This document shows positions 30,931-40,759 of a stretch of DNA of 42,152 nucleotides, piece by piece. Location: positions 1 through 42,152 of the IMG/VR virus record IMGVR_UViG_3300022666_000164; one strand, 5' to 3'. Positions within the stretch are counted from its first letter, which is position 1. Each line of letters opens with the position of its first letter. Under the pieces are notes generated by a model. The model was not told where the DNA came from. It ran no database searches and worked only from the letters and a program-made list of their open reading frames with translations. Origin of the DNA: a virus. Lineage: Duplodnaviria; Caudoviricetes. The position numbers and the translations under genes were made by a program.

Positions 30931-32150
30931 TACTCACCTCCCCCTGTGCCAGCGCTGTAGTAGGTAAACCGCCAGCCGCCCACATCGTTCATGTGGGCCG
31001 CGTTGAAGCAGTGGCGGATTTTGTAATCCACCGTATCGTTGTCGAAGGCCCCCATCGTCGCCGGAGCCAACCCGCCACCCACAGCCAACTGGGCCGAGGC
31101 ACGCATGAACAGCGACGGCGTCTCAAATCCGGCCAGGCGCAGGCCTTCCACCGCGTAGCCCAATGCCGGATCGGAGAACAGATACCAGGCGGTCTCCCAA
31201 TTGGTGTCCAGTAACTGCAAGAACGGATTCCAGACGACTTGCAGGTTGCCCCGCAGCGTCCCCAGCGGGTTAGCCGTGGGCAGGTTGCTCAAGTCGGTCT
31301 GGCCGATGTACATGACCTGCGGCGATTGCAAGATTTGCTCGGCCAGGAGTTTGAGGCCCAAGCTGCCGACCACGATGTACTTGGGCGTGTTGTTGATAAT
31401 GACGCCAGTGGCATCATCGCCGGGATAGGAACCCATCTCGCTGATGGCGTCCACCAGAGCGTTAAGGCTGAGCGTGTCACTGGTAACGTTACTGTAATTC
31501 ACCCCGTTCACAGTGTGCGTCGCGCTGTACAGCGTTGCGTTAGCGGCGTAAGCGGCAGTGACTACGTAAGCCTCGGTGTTGCGCGCGGCCTGCGCCAGGT
31601 CAGCCGGCGCGCGCCGCAGGGCGTCCAGGTCGTCATTGACGAACGCTTCCCAGAAGAACGAGCGGACAAGGCCCCACTTTTTCAGGCCGTAAGCCTTGTA
31701 GGCGGTGCCGATCACGTCCTGCCGATACGACTCGCCCGGCCCCAGTTCACCCAGCAAACCCGCCCCGGCGCTGACCCGGAACCGCTTGACATCGCGGAAA
31801 TCGGGCGCAGTGCGCACCCCCGCGTACAGTTCCCAGTCGTGGTTGGCGACCTGGAACTGATCCAGCAGCAGCCGTTGGAGCGTGTCAGCGAACAGATAGG
31901 AGAAATCACTGGGGCCCAGGGCTTCGCTCAACCAAACCGGCTGCGATTGCAGACCGGCCCAGGTGCGCAGGGCTTCCCGCGCGCGCAGGTAGGTGTGCCC
32001 CTGGCCGTCAATGTAGTCCCGGTAGGCCTCGGCGAATGTCTTGAGTTTCGCCAGGTAGCCGGGATTGCTGTTCAATTGCGACTGCAACGCTGGCACCGGG
32101 ACCATGCCCCGGTAATCCGCGTCGTTCACAGATTCAAGAATTTGCTTCAT
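30930..32150 (-). CDS. Major capsid protein (Mu gpT-like, HK97 fold)
   Basis: SDFSYLF, DFRDVKR, EAFVNDDLDAL, FDNDTVDYKIRH; follows the protease and cement genes. Confidence 0.9.
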   Translation of the reverse strand: MKQILESVNDADYRGMVPVPALQSQLNSNPGYLAKLKTFAEAYRDYIDGQGHTYLRAREALRTWAGLQSQPVWLSEALGPSDFSYLFADTLQRLLLDQFQVANHDWELYAGVRTAPDFRDVKRFRVSAGAGLLGELGPGESYRQDVIGTAYKAYGLKKWGLVRSFFWEAFVNDDLDALRRAPADLAQAARNTEAYVVTAAYAANATLYSATHTVNGVNYSNVTSDTLSLNALVDAISEMGSYPGDDATGVIINNTPKYIVVGSLGLKLLAEQILQSPQVMYIGQTDLSNLPTANPLGTLRGNLQVVWNPFLQLLDTNWETAWYLFSDPALGYAVEGLRLAGFETPSLFMRASAQLAVGGGLAPATMGAFDNDTVDYKIRHCFNAAHMNDVGGWRFTYYSAGTGGGE

Positions 32151-32163
32151 TTTCTCACCCCCC

Positions 32164-32520
32164 TTACAGGCCAAAGCCCACCAGAATGTTGCCGGTGTCA
32201 CCCGCCGCCAGCGCCTCCAGCGCATAGCCAAGCGGCACGCCATCCGTGCTGTCTTTGTTGATGACCCCGGAATCCAGATACAGTTTATCGCCCACCGCTA
32301 CCGTGCTTGCGCCACTGTGATCGGCGGCGGTCACGCTGACCACCTGCGCGTGTGCGCAGGGGAGCGTGCAAATCGCCTCGTCGTTGGCGTCGGCGTCGGT
32401 TTGCAGGTAGACCACCATGCTGTTAAGCGCCAGCACCGTCCCGGCCTTCGCCGAGCGCGTCACGCCCAACTTGAGCTGGATCGGTGCATACTGCTCAATC
32501 GCTCCCGCATTTTTAGCCAT
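32164..32520 (-). CDS. Capsid cement/decoration protein (DUF2190-like)
   Basis: VAVGDKLY...PLGYALEA. Confidence 0.75.
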   Translation of the reverse strand: MAKNAGAIEQYAPIQLKLGVTRSAKAGTVLALNSMVVYLQTDADANDEAICTLPCAHAQVVSVTAADHSGASTVAVGDKLYLDSGVINKDSTDGVPLGYALEALAAGDTGNILVGFGL

Positions 32521-33727
32521 GTCGCCCTCCCAATTGCTTGAAGATTTCCTCAACCTCGGCTTCGGTGACTACCCGCGCGCCGCTGCGCCCCATGCCCCGG
32601 ATCGCGCCCGGCACGGCGCTCTCCATCTTCTCCGGCTTCTCCGTTCCGGTCTCGGCCTGCGCGGCCTGCTCAATCTCGCCCGCCAGTTCCTCGGACGGAT
32701 TGGGAGCATTGCCGGACTTCACCCACTCGCCATTCTCGTTCTGCTCGTAGGACTTGAGGACTTCAGCCCAGGCCAGATGGTTGGCCGCGAACTCGCCCTT
32801 GGGCTTGGCTTCCATGTAGGCCCGCAACCAGACCGCCTGCGCCTCCTCCGGCAATGCCTGGACCTCTTCCGGCAGCGTGATCTCCACCGCTGGCATTTCG
32901 TCCTGCTCCACGAACCGCTTGATCGCGCCCGCTACTCGCTGTGCCACGCGCAGGCGTGCGCTCTCACTCAATCCGCGCGTTTTGATTTCCAGCAAACGCG
33001 CGGCCTCGGCCTCGCGGGCTTCCTGGCGCGCCTGTTTAAGCGCGGCCCGCAACCGCTGCAACTCCGTGTTCTCCATACCCCTCCCAATTGTTGGTGTCTC
33101 AGATTCGCGCAACGCGCCATAGCCGCCCGCAGCGGCCCGTGTCACAAAATCTAACGAGGCCGGATAGTCGGGACTGAAAGCCTCCACGATGAACTCATCC
33201 CCTTCCTGCTTACCGGCTCCGGCGGCGTTGATGCTCATGTCGCCCAGGATGCCCTCGGCCAGCATAGTCTTCAGCCAGCCCGCGCTCTCCGAGAGCCGCG
33301 CCCCCCGAAAGCGCAAGACGGCCTGCCCGTTCTCCGCTACCTCCACCGACATCCCCTCCGGCCCCGGCAACCGCCCCACCACGTTCCTGATACTGCGCTC
33401 CGGCGGTTCGCCGGGCAGGTTGTGGTCGGCGTAGATCAGGCCGTGCGCGAATACCGGGATGGCCGATTCCAGCGCTGCCCGCGTGTAGCGGTTGCGGTTC
33501 TTGCTCAAGCCCTCCACCACGATGATCCCGTCCAGGTTGCCGTCGGCGTTTAGGGTGGGGGCCGCCACCGCTACCTCGGTCAGCGGGCGGACAGACTCCT
33601 TCTTGACCAGCCCGGCATGGCAAATCGCAATGGCGCGCTCCTTGCTGTAGCCATGCTGGCGGCGCACGTCGGCGACGCAGCGATCCATTTTGTCCCACAA
33701 CTCGCGGGGCACGTTGTTATATGGCAT
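32513..33727 (-). CDS. Prohead protease/scaffold with ChaB domain
   Basis: SKNRNRY, YADH, DMSINA, SLDFVTRAAAGG; ChaB-like LPEEAQAVW...AWAEVLKSYEQ..GEWVK. Confidence 0.85.
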   Translation of the reverse strand: MPYNNVPRELWDKMDRCVADVRRQHGYSKERAIAICHAGLVKKESVRPLTEVAVAAPTLNADGNLDGIIVVEGLSKNRNRYTRAALESAIPVFAHGLIYADHNLPGEPPERSIRNVVGRLPGPEGMSVEVAENGQAVLRFRGARLSESAGWLKTMLAEGILGDMSINAAGAGKQEGDEFIVEAFSPDYPASLDFVTRAAAGGYGALRESETPTIGRGMENTELQRLRAALKQARQEAREAEAARLLEIKTRGLSESARLRVAQRVAGAIKRFVEQDEMPAVEITLPEEVQALPEEAQAVWLRAYMEAKPKGEFAANHLAWAEVLKSYEQNENGEWVKSGNAPNPSEELAGEIEQAAQAETGTEKPEKMESAVPGAIRGMGRSGARVVTEAEVEEIFKQLGGRHG

Positions 33728-34403
33728 GTTCACCTCCTTCTGCAAAAATCCAAATCCCGTTCAGATTGATGATCCGCAGCGGGTTCCATTGCACCGTTGC
33801 CCGCCGGATACAGTCTTCGCAACTCTCGCCAGGTCGCAAGCGCCAGTACAACTCGTAGTAAACGCCATTTTCATCTTCGCGCTTAAGCGGTCCCTCCCAG
33901 TAGCAGTTGCAGTTCATCTTGCAGCGGGTGGAGCCGTCGCGCGGGTAGGCCGGCAAGGGCGGTAGCCCCACCTTCTGCCCGGCAGCGGCCATGTAAGCCC
34001 GCTGGTAGACCTGCTCCAAAGCCTGCGCATACATCCGCGCCCGCACCGCTCCACCGACTAAAGCCCCGGCGGCTTTGATTTGCAAAAACCACCGGCTGAG
34101 AAACTGTTGCTGTTCGTCTATAAAGTTCCGGGCAATCTCCGCCGGGGGCTTGCCTGTACCCCCACCGGCATACCAACCCAGTTGCGCCATAGTCGGCGCG
34201 CTCCGGCGCAGCATCCCCGATACCCGCGAGCGGAAGGTCAGGCGCGCCGACTGCGAAAAGCGCGAGGCCTCCAACGCCGCTGCTGCCGCTTCTACCTCGG
34301 CCATTGCCTGCGCAATCAGGGCTTTGGCCTGGTGACGATAAGTGCGCGCCTCCAGCAGTTGGACCAGCGCCAACGCTTCCGCTAAGGCCGTGGGCGCACA
34401 CAC
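33717..34403 (-). CDS. Head morphogenesis/minor head protein
   Basis: Between portal and protease; PRDGSTRCKMNCNC and CEDC. Confidence 0.65.
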   Translation of the reverse strand: MCAPTALAEALALVQLLEARTYRHQAKALIAQAMAEVEAAAAALEASRFSQSARLTFRSRVSGMLRRSAPTMAQLGWYAGGGTGKPPAEIARNFIDEQQQFLSRWFLQIKAAGALVGGAVRARMYAQALEQVYQRAYMAAAGQKVGLPPLPAYPRDGSTRCKMNCNCYWEGPLKREDENGVYYELYWRLRPGESCEDCIRRATVQWNPLRIINLNGIWIFAEGGEHAI

Positions 34404-35915
34404 CTACACCCCCGCCGCTTCCCGCAGGGCCTCGGCGGCCCGCCGCAAAGCCTCGGCTTGTGCGTCCGGTAGCGCCGCATCGGTGACGGCGCTCTCCGGC
34501 GTTGCCGTAGTGGTGGCCTGCAATTCGTCCAGCGCCGTGTCAATGTCCTGTTCGCCGAAGGCCTGGAGCACTCGCGCCGCCAACCGCTTCCAGGGGATGA
34601 ACTCGCGCGCCATCAGGCTTTGTGCCTGCAATAACTGCGCCACGGCGTTCACCAGCGACGGCAGGTCTTCCGTGACGATAGGCGGGAAGTCCACCTCGAA
34701 ACTCAGGTCGGCGTCGCGCGGTAGGGTCCCGTAAGTCTGCGCCTGCTCCAAGACGAACTGAAACACGTCCCGGTAAAAGTCGCGGAAAATCTGCTGCCAG
34801 GCCTCAAACCCTTTGACCTGCGGGCCGTTCATGGCCGTTAGCGAGGCCAGGTTGCCAATGGACGGGTCGCCGGTCAGGTCAGGCTCGGTGATCCCTACGG
34901 CGGCGCTGACCTGCTGCCGCAACATGCGTCCGTCCTGGTAAGCGTTCGCGGCCCCGGAGTCTACCCTGATTTGGTCCAGGTTCATAGAGTCGTTCTCTAC
35001 CCAGGTTTGCGCACCCTCGGCCCGTTCGCGGTCGGCAGAATGCGAGCCGTAGCGTCCGGCTACGCTGCGTCCCAACTGCCCGGCCACGCGCCCGATCTGC
35101 GCCTGGTTCCCGCGCACCTTGGCCTTGAAGGCAAAGGTTGCCAGCGCCAGCGTGAGCGTGGCCCGGTCTTCCTGAAATCCCTTGTACGCTTTGATCCAGG
35201 GGATGCCAGAGTAGAACGGCGGTAAACCCCGCAGCCCGTGCGAGTTCACCTTGAGTTGAGTCATCACGACGCGGGTGAGGCGCGTCCCGTCCTCGGCGTA
35301 TTCGTCAAAGGTGCCGCGCTCCGGGTGGCGGTTGTACCAGTCCGGGTAGTAGGCCCGTTGCAGGCCAGGTTGCTGGTAGGTCTCGCTGCGCCAGTCCCAG
35401 GCCAGGGCCGTATACTCGCGTTGGTAGTACAGTGGGCGGTACTGGTTGTCCGGGTCGGTGATGATCTCGGTGATCTCCAACGGCTCCACCAGCGCGCTTT
35501 TGACGCGCCCGGTCCGGCAATTCACGAAAAAGACCGGGAACAGTTCGCCGGTGATCAGGAGCCGCTCGCAGAGTTCCCATTGCCCGACCGCCCGCGAGAA
35601 AATAGCGTTGTCGCGGTCGTCCATGAACTCGGCCAGCACCGCCGCCACGCGCGGGTCGCGTGCATTCCAGGTCAGGCCGCGCCCGAACGTGTAGGCGCGC
35701 GTTAGTTGGATCGCGCGCTGATAGAGCGGATCACGGCGGGCGTAGTAATACGAGGCGATGATGGCGTCCTGGCGCACCGCCGGATCATCTTCCGGTCGCC
35801 GCCAGGCCGTCAGGGGCGTCAGCGGCTGCCAGCCGGCTTCTTCCGGGACGGTCGTGCTCTCACTGAACCGGGCCGCCACCCGGCGACGGATGTTTTCGCT
35901 CTCAGTATCCGGCAT
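34404..35915 (-). CDS. Portal protein
   Basis: Follows terL; ~500 aa; ITGELF, EIITDPDN, VDFPPI. Confidence 0.9.
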   Translation of the reverse strand: MPDTESENIRRRVAARFSESTTVPEEAGWQPLTPLTAWRRPEDDPAVRQDAIIASYYYARRDPLYQRAIQLTRAYTFGRGLTWNARDPRVAAVLAEFMDDRDNAIFSRAVGQWELCERLLITGELFPVFFVNCRTGRVKSALVEPLEITEIITDPDNQYRPLYYQREYTALAWDWRSETYQQPGLQRAYYPDWYNRHPERGTFDEYAEDGTRLTRVVMTQLKVNSHGLRGLPPFYSGIPWIKAYKGFQEDRATLTLALATFAFKAKVRGNQAQIGRVAGQLGRSVAGRYGSHSADRERAEGAQTWVENDSMNLDQIRVDSGAANAYQDGRMLRQQVSAAVGITEPDLTGDPSIGNLASLTAMNGPQVKGFEAWQQIFRDFYRDVFQFVLEQAQTYGTLPRDADLSFEVDFPPIVTEDLPSLVNAVAQLLQAQSLMAREFIPWKRLAARVLQAFGEQDIDTALDELQATTTATPESAVTDAALPDAQAEALRRAAEALREAAGV

Positions 35916-37146
35916 ATACCCTCGGCTGTTCTATCCAGGTTGTCAGGGCCTGGTAACTGTTGAGACGCCAGTCAATGGCGTAGCGCAGAGCGTCCAGCGC
36001 GTGGTCGTTCTCCTTGACCGGCTCCTCGCGCCCCGGTCGCCAGGTGTAGCTCTCAAATTCGCGGATCAGGTTTTCGCAATCCGGGTCCACGGTCAGGCGG
36101 GGCGTACCGTCGCGCGCCAGCGCCAGCAGTTCAGCAACGGTAACGATCCCGTCCACGACGCGGCCCTTGTGCCCCACGGCTGGCAGGCGCGCCTCGCGCA
36201 GGGCGGCGATTAACCCCGCCGCCGCTTCGTCCACCACGACCGCCGTAATCGGCAGTTCGTGACACCATTCCGCGATTAACGCCGTCGCCTCGGCCTGCAA
36301 CACGCCAGAGCGATAGAACTCGCGCGCTACATGCCAGCGCCCGTCGTGGTCTATCCCGCACAGCAGGATCGCCATGGGATTAGTGAAGCCCTCATCCACA
36401 GCTATTAGCCACTCGGTGAAGTGGTCATCAACACGGCGGCGGATGTGCTGGGTACCGAACTGCTGGTAGACCAGGCCTTCCGGCTTTTGGAAAACCCCGC
36501 GATAGAACATTTGAAACTTCCAGTCGGGCAAGGTCGCCCGCGCGCGCTCAAATTCTTCCACCGAAAACGCTGGATTTTCGCGGCTCTCAAACTGGATCAC
36601 GTCATAGTCAGGATCACCCGCCCGCCAACGGTCGTAGAAGTCGGTTTTCAGCCAGGTATTCACGCTATAAGGCGTGGTGGTGATCAGGCAGCGCCCGCGC
36701 GCTAACGACAAGCGCCGCTGAAGCGCGTCCCACGGTTGCGCATTATAGACTTGCCCGGCCTCGTCAAACCAGGCCGCGCGCGCCGTCGCCGATTCCAACC
36801 CTCCCTCCGCCTCCGCCGACCGCAGGATAAGGCGCGTCCGACCGTCTTCGCTTTCCAGTAGCCGGTCAGAGGCGCGGTAGGTGTAGCCAAACAACGCGAA
36901 TACCGCCTTGATCTCCGGCAGCATCTTCAGCTTGAACAGGTCGTAGGTGGCCGTGACGGCAAGGTAATCGCCGGGGCCGCGCTGCTCAATCTCGCGCCAC
37001 AGCCACCACGGGCCGAAACTCGTCTTGCCCCCCTGTGTGCCAGCCAGCATAAGCACGAAGCGCGCTGTGCTATCCCACACCCGCACCTGACCGGGATGTA
37101 GCATCAACTGAACATTTTTGCCGGCTACGCTGTACAGGTTACTCAT
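35902..37146 (-). CDS. terL: Terminase large subunit
   Basis: AGTQGGKT, WFDEAG, ITTTP, VDEGFTNP, NDHALDALRY. Confidence 0.95.
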   Translation of the reverse strand: MSNLYSVAGKNVQLMLHPGQVRVWDSTARFVLMLAGTQGGKTSFGPWWLWREIEQRGPGDYLAVTATYDLFKLKMLPEIKAVFALFGYTYRASDRLLESEDGRTRLILRSAEAEGGLESATARAAWFDEAGQVYNAQPWDALQRRLSLARGRCLITTTPYSVNTWLKTDFYDRWRAGDPDYDVIQFESRENPAFSVEEFERARATLPDWKFQMFYRGVFQKPEGLVYQQFGTQHIRRRVDDHFTEWLIAVDEGFTNPMAILLCGIDHDGRWHVAREFYRSGVLQAEATALIAEWCHELPITAVVVDEAAAGLIAALREARLPAVGHKGRVVDGIVTVAELLALARDGTPRLTVDPDCENLIREFESYTWRPGREEPVKENDHALDALRYAIDWRLNSYQALTTWIEQPRVYAGY

Positions 37147-37492
37147 CACGCACCAACTTGATGACTTCCACGAGTTCAACCCGCGGCGCAACCTTTTCGC
37201 CGCCGCTCGTCACGTCTACCGCCTGCGGCACTTTACCGAAGGCGATCTCAAGGAATAGTTTGGGGTCTTCCGTCGCTATCTTCCGTAGCAGCGCCTCTAC
37301 CACCGTCTTTTGACTGCCGTCATTGGCGGTGAGCACCTCGTGGCTGATCTGCTGCGCGAGCGCCCGCAGTTGGTCAAACGACTTCGGGCGGCCCTTGCGG
37401 TTAATGCGCGGGTCGCCCTTGGTGAACGTTCCGGGTTTTCGCGGCCTTGCCGAATCCTGTTTCGTTCCTGTGTTAGTGGTATCCTCTGCCAT
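37139..37492 (-). CDS. terS: Terminase small subunit
   Basis: FTKGDPRINRKGRPK...AFGKVPQAVDVTSGG; directly upstream of terL. Confidence 0.85.
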   Translation of the reverse strand: MAEDTTNTGTKQDSARPRKPGTFTKGDPRINRKGRPKSFDQLRALAQQISHEVLTANDGSQKTVVEALLRKIATEDPKLFLEIAFGKVPQAVDVTSGGEKVAPRVELVEVIKLVRDE

Positions 37493-37521
37493 TTGACAAC
37501 CTAAGCGCTTTGGAGTAAAAT
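37493..37521 (+). promoter_or_regulatory. sigma70 promoter of the radical SAM moron
   Basis: TTGACA-17 bp-TAAAAT; ATG 7 nt downstream. Confidence 0.8.
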
Positions 37522-37527
37522 GGGCTT

Positions 37528-38460
37528 ATGGAAACCACACCCATGTTTGATCTGAGCACGGCTGCGGCTGCGCTCGGACGCAAAGGCGGGACTGCGAGAA
37601 CACCCGCAAAAGTCGAGGCCGTGCGCAAGAACGGCAAACTCGGCGGACGCCCGATGGTTGCTGAGTTGAACGATGACGGTTGGTCGGTGAAGAACTGCGC
37701 CATCATCTACGCCCCACGCGGACAGGCCGGCGAATACGCCAAGCTCGCCACCAACCCGTATCGCGGTTGTGGGCACAAATGCGCGTACTGCTACGTCCCG
37801 GCAGTGCTGCGCATGACGCGGGAAGAGTTTGACGCAACTGCCACGCCGCGCCCTGGTTTCATGGATTCGCTGCGCAGGGACGCGGCCAAATACCGCGCCG
37901 CCGGCATCACCGAACAGGTGATGTTGTCGTTCACCACCGACCCGTATAACCCCCACAACCGGAGCCTGACGCGCCCGACGCTCGAAACGCTGGCCGATTA
38001 CGGCCTTGCGTTCTGCACGTTGACGAAAGGCGGCAGCCTGGCGCTGGCTGATATTGATTTCTTCCGGCCTGACCGCGACGCATTCGCCAGCACGCTCACG
38101 AGTCTGGACGACTCGTTTAGCTTGAAATGGGAACGTGGCGCGGCGCTGCCCGGTGATCGTATCGCTACGCTCAAGGCGTTCCACGAGCGCGGCATCTTCA
38201 CCTGGGTTAGCCTTGAGCCGACCTTGAGTGTGGATGCAAGTATCAGCATCATCGAACACACGCATGGCTTTGTCGATCTGTACAAAGTCGGACGCGCCAA
38301 CTATCTGCCAATGACCGGCGCGACCGACTGGCGTGACTACACGCTGCGCGTGCTGGACGTGGTAAACCGGCTGGGCGTGAAGCATTACATTAAGCATGAC
38401 CTTCAGCCCTATCTCCCGACGGGGTATGTGAACCCGCGCTATATCGACCAGCATCACTAG
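37528..38460 (+). CDS. Radical SAM protein (SPL-like) with N-terminal KGG-type basic motif
   Basis: NPYRGCGHKCAYCY, SFTTDPY, LTKG, WVSLEP; N-terminal LGRKGG...NGKLGGRP. Confidence 0.9.
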   Translation: METTPMFDLSTAAAALGRKGGTARTPAKVEAVRKNGKLGGRPMVAELNDDGWSVKNCAIIYAPRGQAGEYAKLATNPYRGCGHKCAYCYVPAVLRMTREEFDATATPRPGFMDSLRRDAAKYRAAGITEQVMLSFTTDPYNPHNRSLTRPTLETLADYGLAFCTLTKGGSLALADIDFFRPDRDAFASTLTSLDDSFSLKWERGAALPGDRIATLKAFHERGIFTWVSLEPTLSVDASISIIEHTHGFVDLYKVGRANYLPMTGATDWRDYTLRVLDVVNRLGVKHYIKHDLQPYLPTGYVNPRYIDQHH

Positions 38461-39565
38461 CCAATACCGGCTCAATGCCGGTGGCCATCCTGAACCGCTC
38501 CAACGCGACCGCCAGCGTGGACGGTTCTTTTTCAACCCCGACGCACGTTCTCCCGGATGACTCGCACGCCAACACAACAGCGCCGGTGCCCATGAATGGG
38601 TCAGCTATCGCCCTATGTTTGAATCCCTCCATCATCAACACAAATAATCCCGCCGCCTTACCGTGCCCCATCTCAGTATCTTCGTACTCTGGACCGGCAA
38701 TCTCAATCACGCTCTTGTAATCCGGTCTTGGTTTTTGCCATTCCGATTTAACGCCCGGCTTGGTGATGATGACACAATGTGTGTGACACATTAGCGGCGC
38801 GTGTAGCGTAGGAAACTTACGCGGCGTGCGATGAACCCAAATGAGGTCAAGCGCAAAGCGCCAGATAGACGCAATCTCAAACGCTTGCCGATCCCCGCAC
38901 AGAACGATGGCACGCGGCGCAAAGCGCCCTACGATATCCATCACATCACCCCCCCGCATATCATACGGTGGATCGGTTACGACCAGCTCCGATCCAGCGA
39001 TATCGATGTCCATCGCATCGGCGCAAAGGGCGCTATGTCGCCCAAGCCTCCACAATTGGCCCGGCTCAACGCCCCATTTTTCGCGCAACTCTTCGGCGCG
39101 GTCAATCTGCGGTTCGGCGTCCACCGGCGCGGGCTTTTCGCTGTTCAGCATCTCCCGCAAGTTCGCCGCGTCATCGTTCAATCCGGCCAGTAGATCTGCG
39201 TCCAGGCCGAGGCTCTGCAAAAGCGCCGTATCCCACCCGGCCAGCGCGTCCCAGTCCCACGATCCGGCAGCCGTTTGCGCGAGAATGGTCAGCGCCTCCC
39301 GTTCGGCCTCGGTCAGCGCCCGCGAGGCTTGGAGCGCTTGCACAGTGTAGTCATTGCCGTGCGCCGCTTTTAACACGCTCAAGCGCTGATGGCCGTCGTA
39401 AACCTCCCCGCCCGGCCCGATGGCAATCGTCTGGAATTGCCCCAGATCGTCCCAGGACTGTAGCAACCGCGCGGCCTGCTTTTTGCTCAGGCGGCGTGGA
39501 TTGCGCGCCCAGGGTTGCAGCTCGGACAACGTGACGGTCACCGGACGCCAGGATAGATCACTCAT
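38390..39565 (-). CDS. ParB-N-terminal + N6/N4 DNA methyltransferase
   Basis: WARNPR, DGHQRL, TDPPY, DPFMGTG. Confidence 0.88.
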   Translation of the reverse strand: MSDLSWRPVTVTLSELQPWARNPRRLSKKQAARLLQSWDDLGQFQTIAIGPGGEVYDGHQRLSVLKAAHGNDYTVQALQASRALTEAEREALTILAQTAAGSWDWDALAGWDTALLQSLGLDADLLAGLNDDAANLREMLNSEKPAPVDAEPQIDRAEELREKWGVEPGQLWRLGRHSALCADAMDIDIAGSELVVTDPPYDMRGGDVMDIVGRFAPRAIVLCGDRQAFEIASIWRFALDLIWVHRTPRKFPTLHAPLMCHTHCVIITKPGVKSEWQKPRPDYKSVIEIAGPEYEDTEMGHGKAAGLFVLMMEGFKHRAIADPFMGTGAVVLACESSGRTCVGVEKEPSTLAVALERFRMATGIEPVLASDAGRYSAGSHTPSGDRAEGHA

Positions 39566-39840
39566 GCTAACTCCATCGCCATCTCGCAGACGTAATCGCA
39601 CCACTCGCGGTAATCGGTCATCCCCGCCGGCCCAGCCGCCACCATTTGCCGGAAGGCCTCCAGACGCCGGAGGCGCTCCCGCAGCAACAGCAGTTCAGCC
39701 CGTGCCGCGACTATCTCCGGCTGCTCCTGGTACGCGAAATACCGCGCGCCATTGTCGTCCGGTTGCGCCATGAACTCGTTTACGGCCCGCAGGTCACTTG
39801 CCACGCTTGCCTCCCCGCTTGCCCTTGCCGCACTTTTCAT
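39562..39840 (-). CDS. Hypothetical phage protein
   Basis: Coupled in the late operon. Confidence 0.6.
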   Translation of the reverse strand: MKSAARASGEASVASDLRAVNEFMAQPDDNGARYFAYQEQPEIVAARAELLLLRERLRRLEAFRQMVAAGPAGMTDYREWCDYVCEMAMELA

Positions 39841-39852
39841 AGTATTTTCGCA

Positions 39853-40047
39853 TCACTCGCCCGGCAGCCCGCCGTCGGCCAACCGGCTCAGAGCGGCCTT
39901 GAGCGCCAGGTAGCGCCGCAACAGTTCGGCGACCAGGGCCGCGCAGGTCACCTCGTGGCGCTGCTGGCTCTCTCCGATGGCCTGCTCTACCAACGCGGCC
40001 AGCGCCGCGTCGGAGAGCTGCGCGACGTGGTCAACGACGGGATTCAT
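39853..40047 (-). CDS. Hypothetical phage protein
   Basis: ATGA coupling to the upstream gene. Confidence 0.55.
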   Translation of the reverse strand: MNPVVDHVAQLSDAALAALVEQAIGESQQRHEVTCAALVAELLRRYLALKAALSRLADGGLPGE

Positions 40048-40535
40048 AGCGGCTCAGCACCAACAGCAGCGCCAACACTATCCCATGCCGCCCCCTCACA
40101 TTGCCCACGCAGAGCAGCCTTGAGGGTGGCGTTCTCGGCTTCCAGGGCCGCGATGCGCGCAAGTAACGCCTCGCGCTCGCGCTCCAGGTCGGAGAGCCGG
40201 GTTTCCAGGCGGGCAATCTTGTCGCGGTCCTGGACCAGGGCCTCGGCCAACATTTCACGCTGCTGCTCCGAGTGCAGCGCTCTCTCCTCGGCTTGCGCGA
40301 CTTGTAGTTTGAGCGCGGCGGTGTCAGTTTGAAGCGCGAAGATTGCGGACTGCATCTCCAGCAGGCGCGCCGTCGCCGCCAACACTGCCTCGGTGGCGGT
40401 TTTGTCGGCCTGAGTCTCGGTCAGATGCGCCTCGGCGCGGACCTTGCGCCGGTTCGCCAGGGCGTTGACTACCGCCACGCCCACCCCGCCGGTGATGACC
40501 CCGCCTACGACCGTCAAGATCGCCTCATGATCCAC
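40044..40535 (-). CDS. N-terminal TM + coiled-coil protein (lysis-module type)
   Basis: Hydrophobic N-terminus and long heptad region; next to the holin. Confidence 0.7.
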   Translation of the reverse strand: MDHEAILTVVGGVITGGVGVAVVNALANRRKVRAEAHLTETQADKTATEAVLAATARLLEMQSAIFALQTDTAALKLQVAQAEERALHSEQQREMLAEALVQDRDKIARLETRLSDLEREREALLARIAALEAENATLKAALRGQCEGAAWDSVGAAVGAEPL

Positions 40536-40540
40536 GGTCG

Positions 40541-40738
40541 TCAGCGGGGGATGGTTGTGCCGGCCCGCTTAGCGGCGGCGTCCTCCCAGGCAATGGTGGC
40601 AATCAAAACCGCCAGTAGGCCGTCAATGGATTGCCAAACCGCCGGCGGGAAGTCGGGCACAAACTGGAACAGCACCGTCTGGATAACGGCTATTACTGCA
40701 ATCCAAAACTTGCGAGATTTTAAGAGCGAATTAATCAT
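40541..40738 (-). CDS. Putative holin
   Basis: LKSRKFW followed by two TM helices; 65 aa; GGAGG RBS. Confidence 0.75.
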   Translation of the reverse strand: MINSLLKSRKFWIAVIAVIQTVLFQFVPDFPPAVWQSIDGLLAVLIATIAWEDAAAKRAGTTIPR

Positions 40739-40759
40739 TTCGTCAACCTCCGTTGATAA

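Noticed and set aside
31239-32261. 340-aa plus-strand ORF and similar ORFs across the late region
   Set aside because: Antisense shadows of structural genes.
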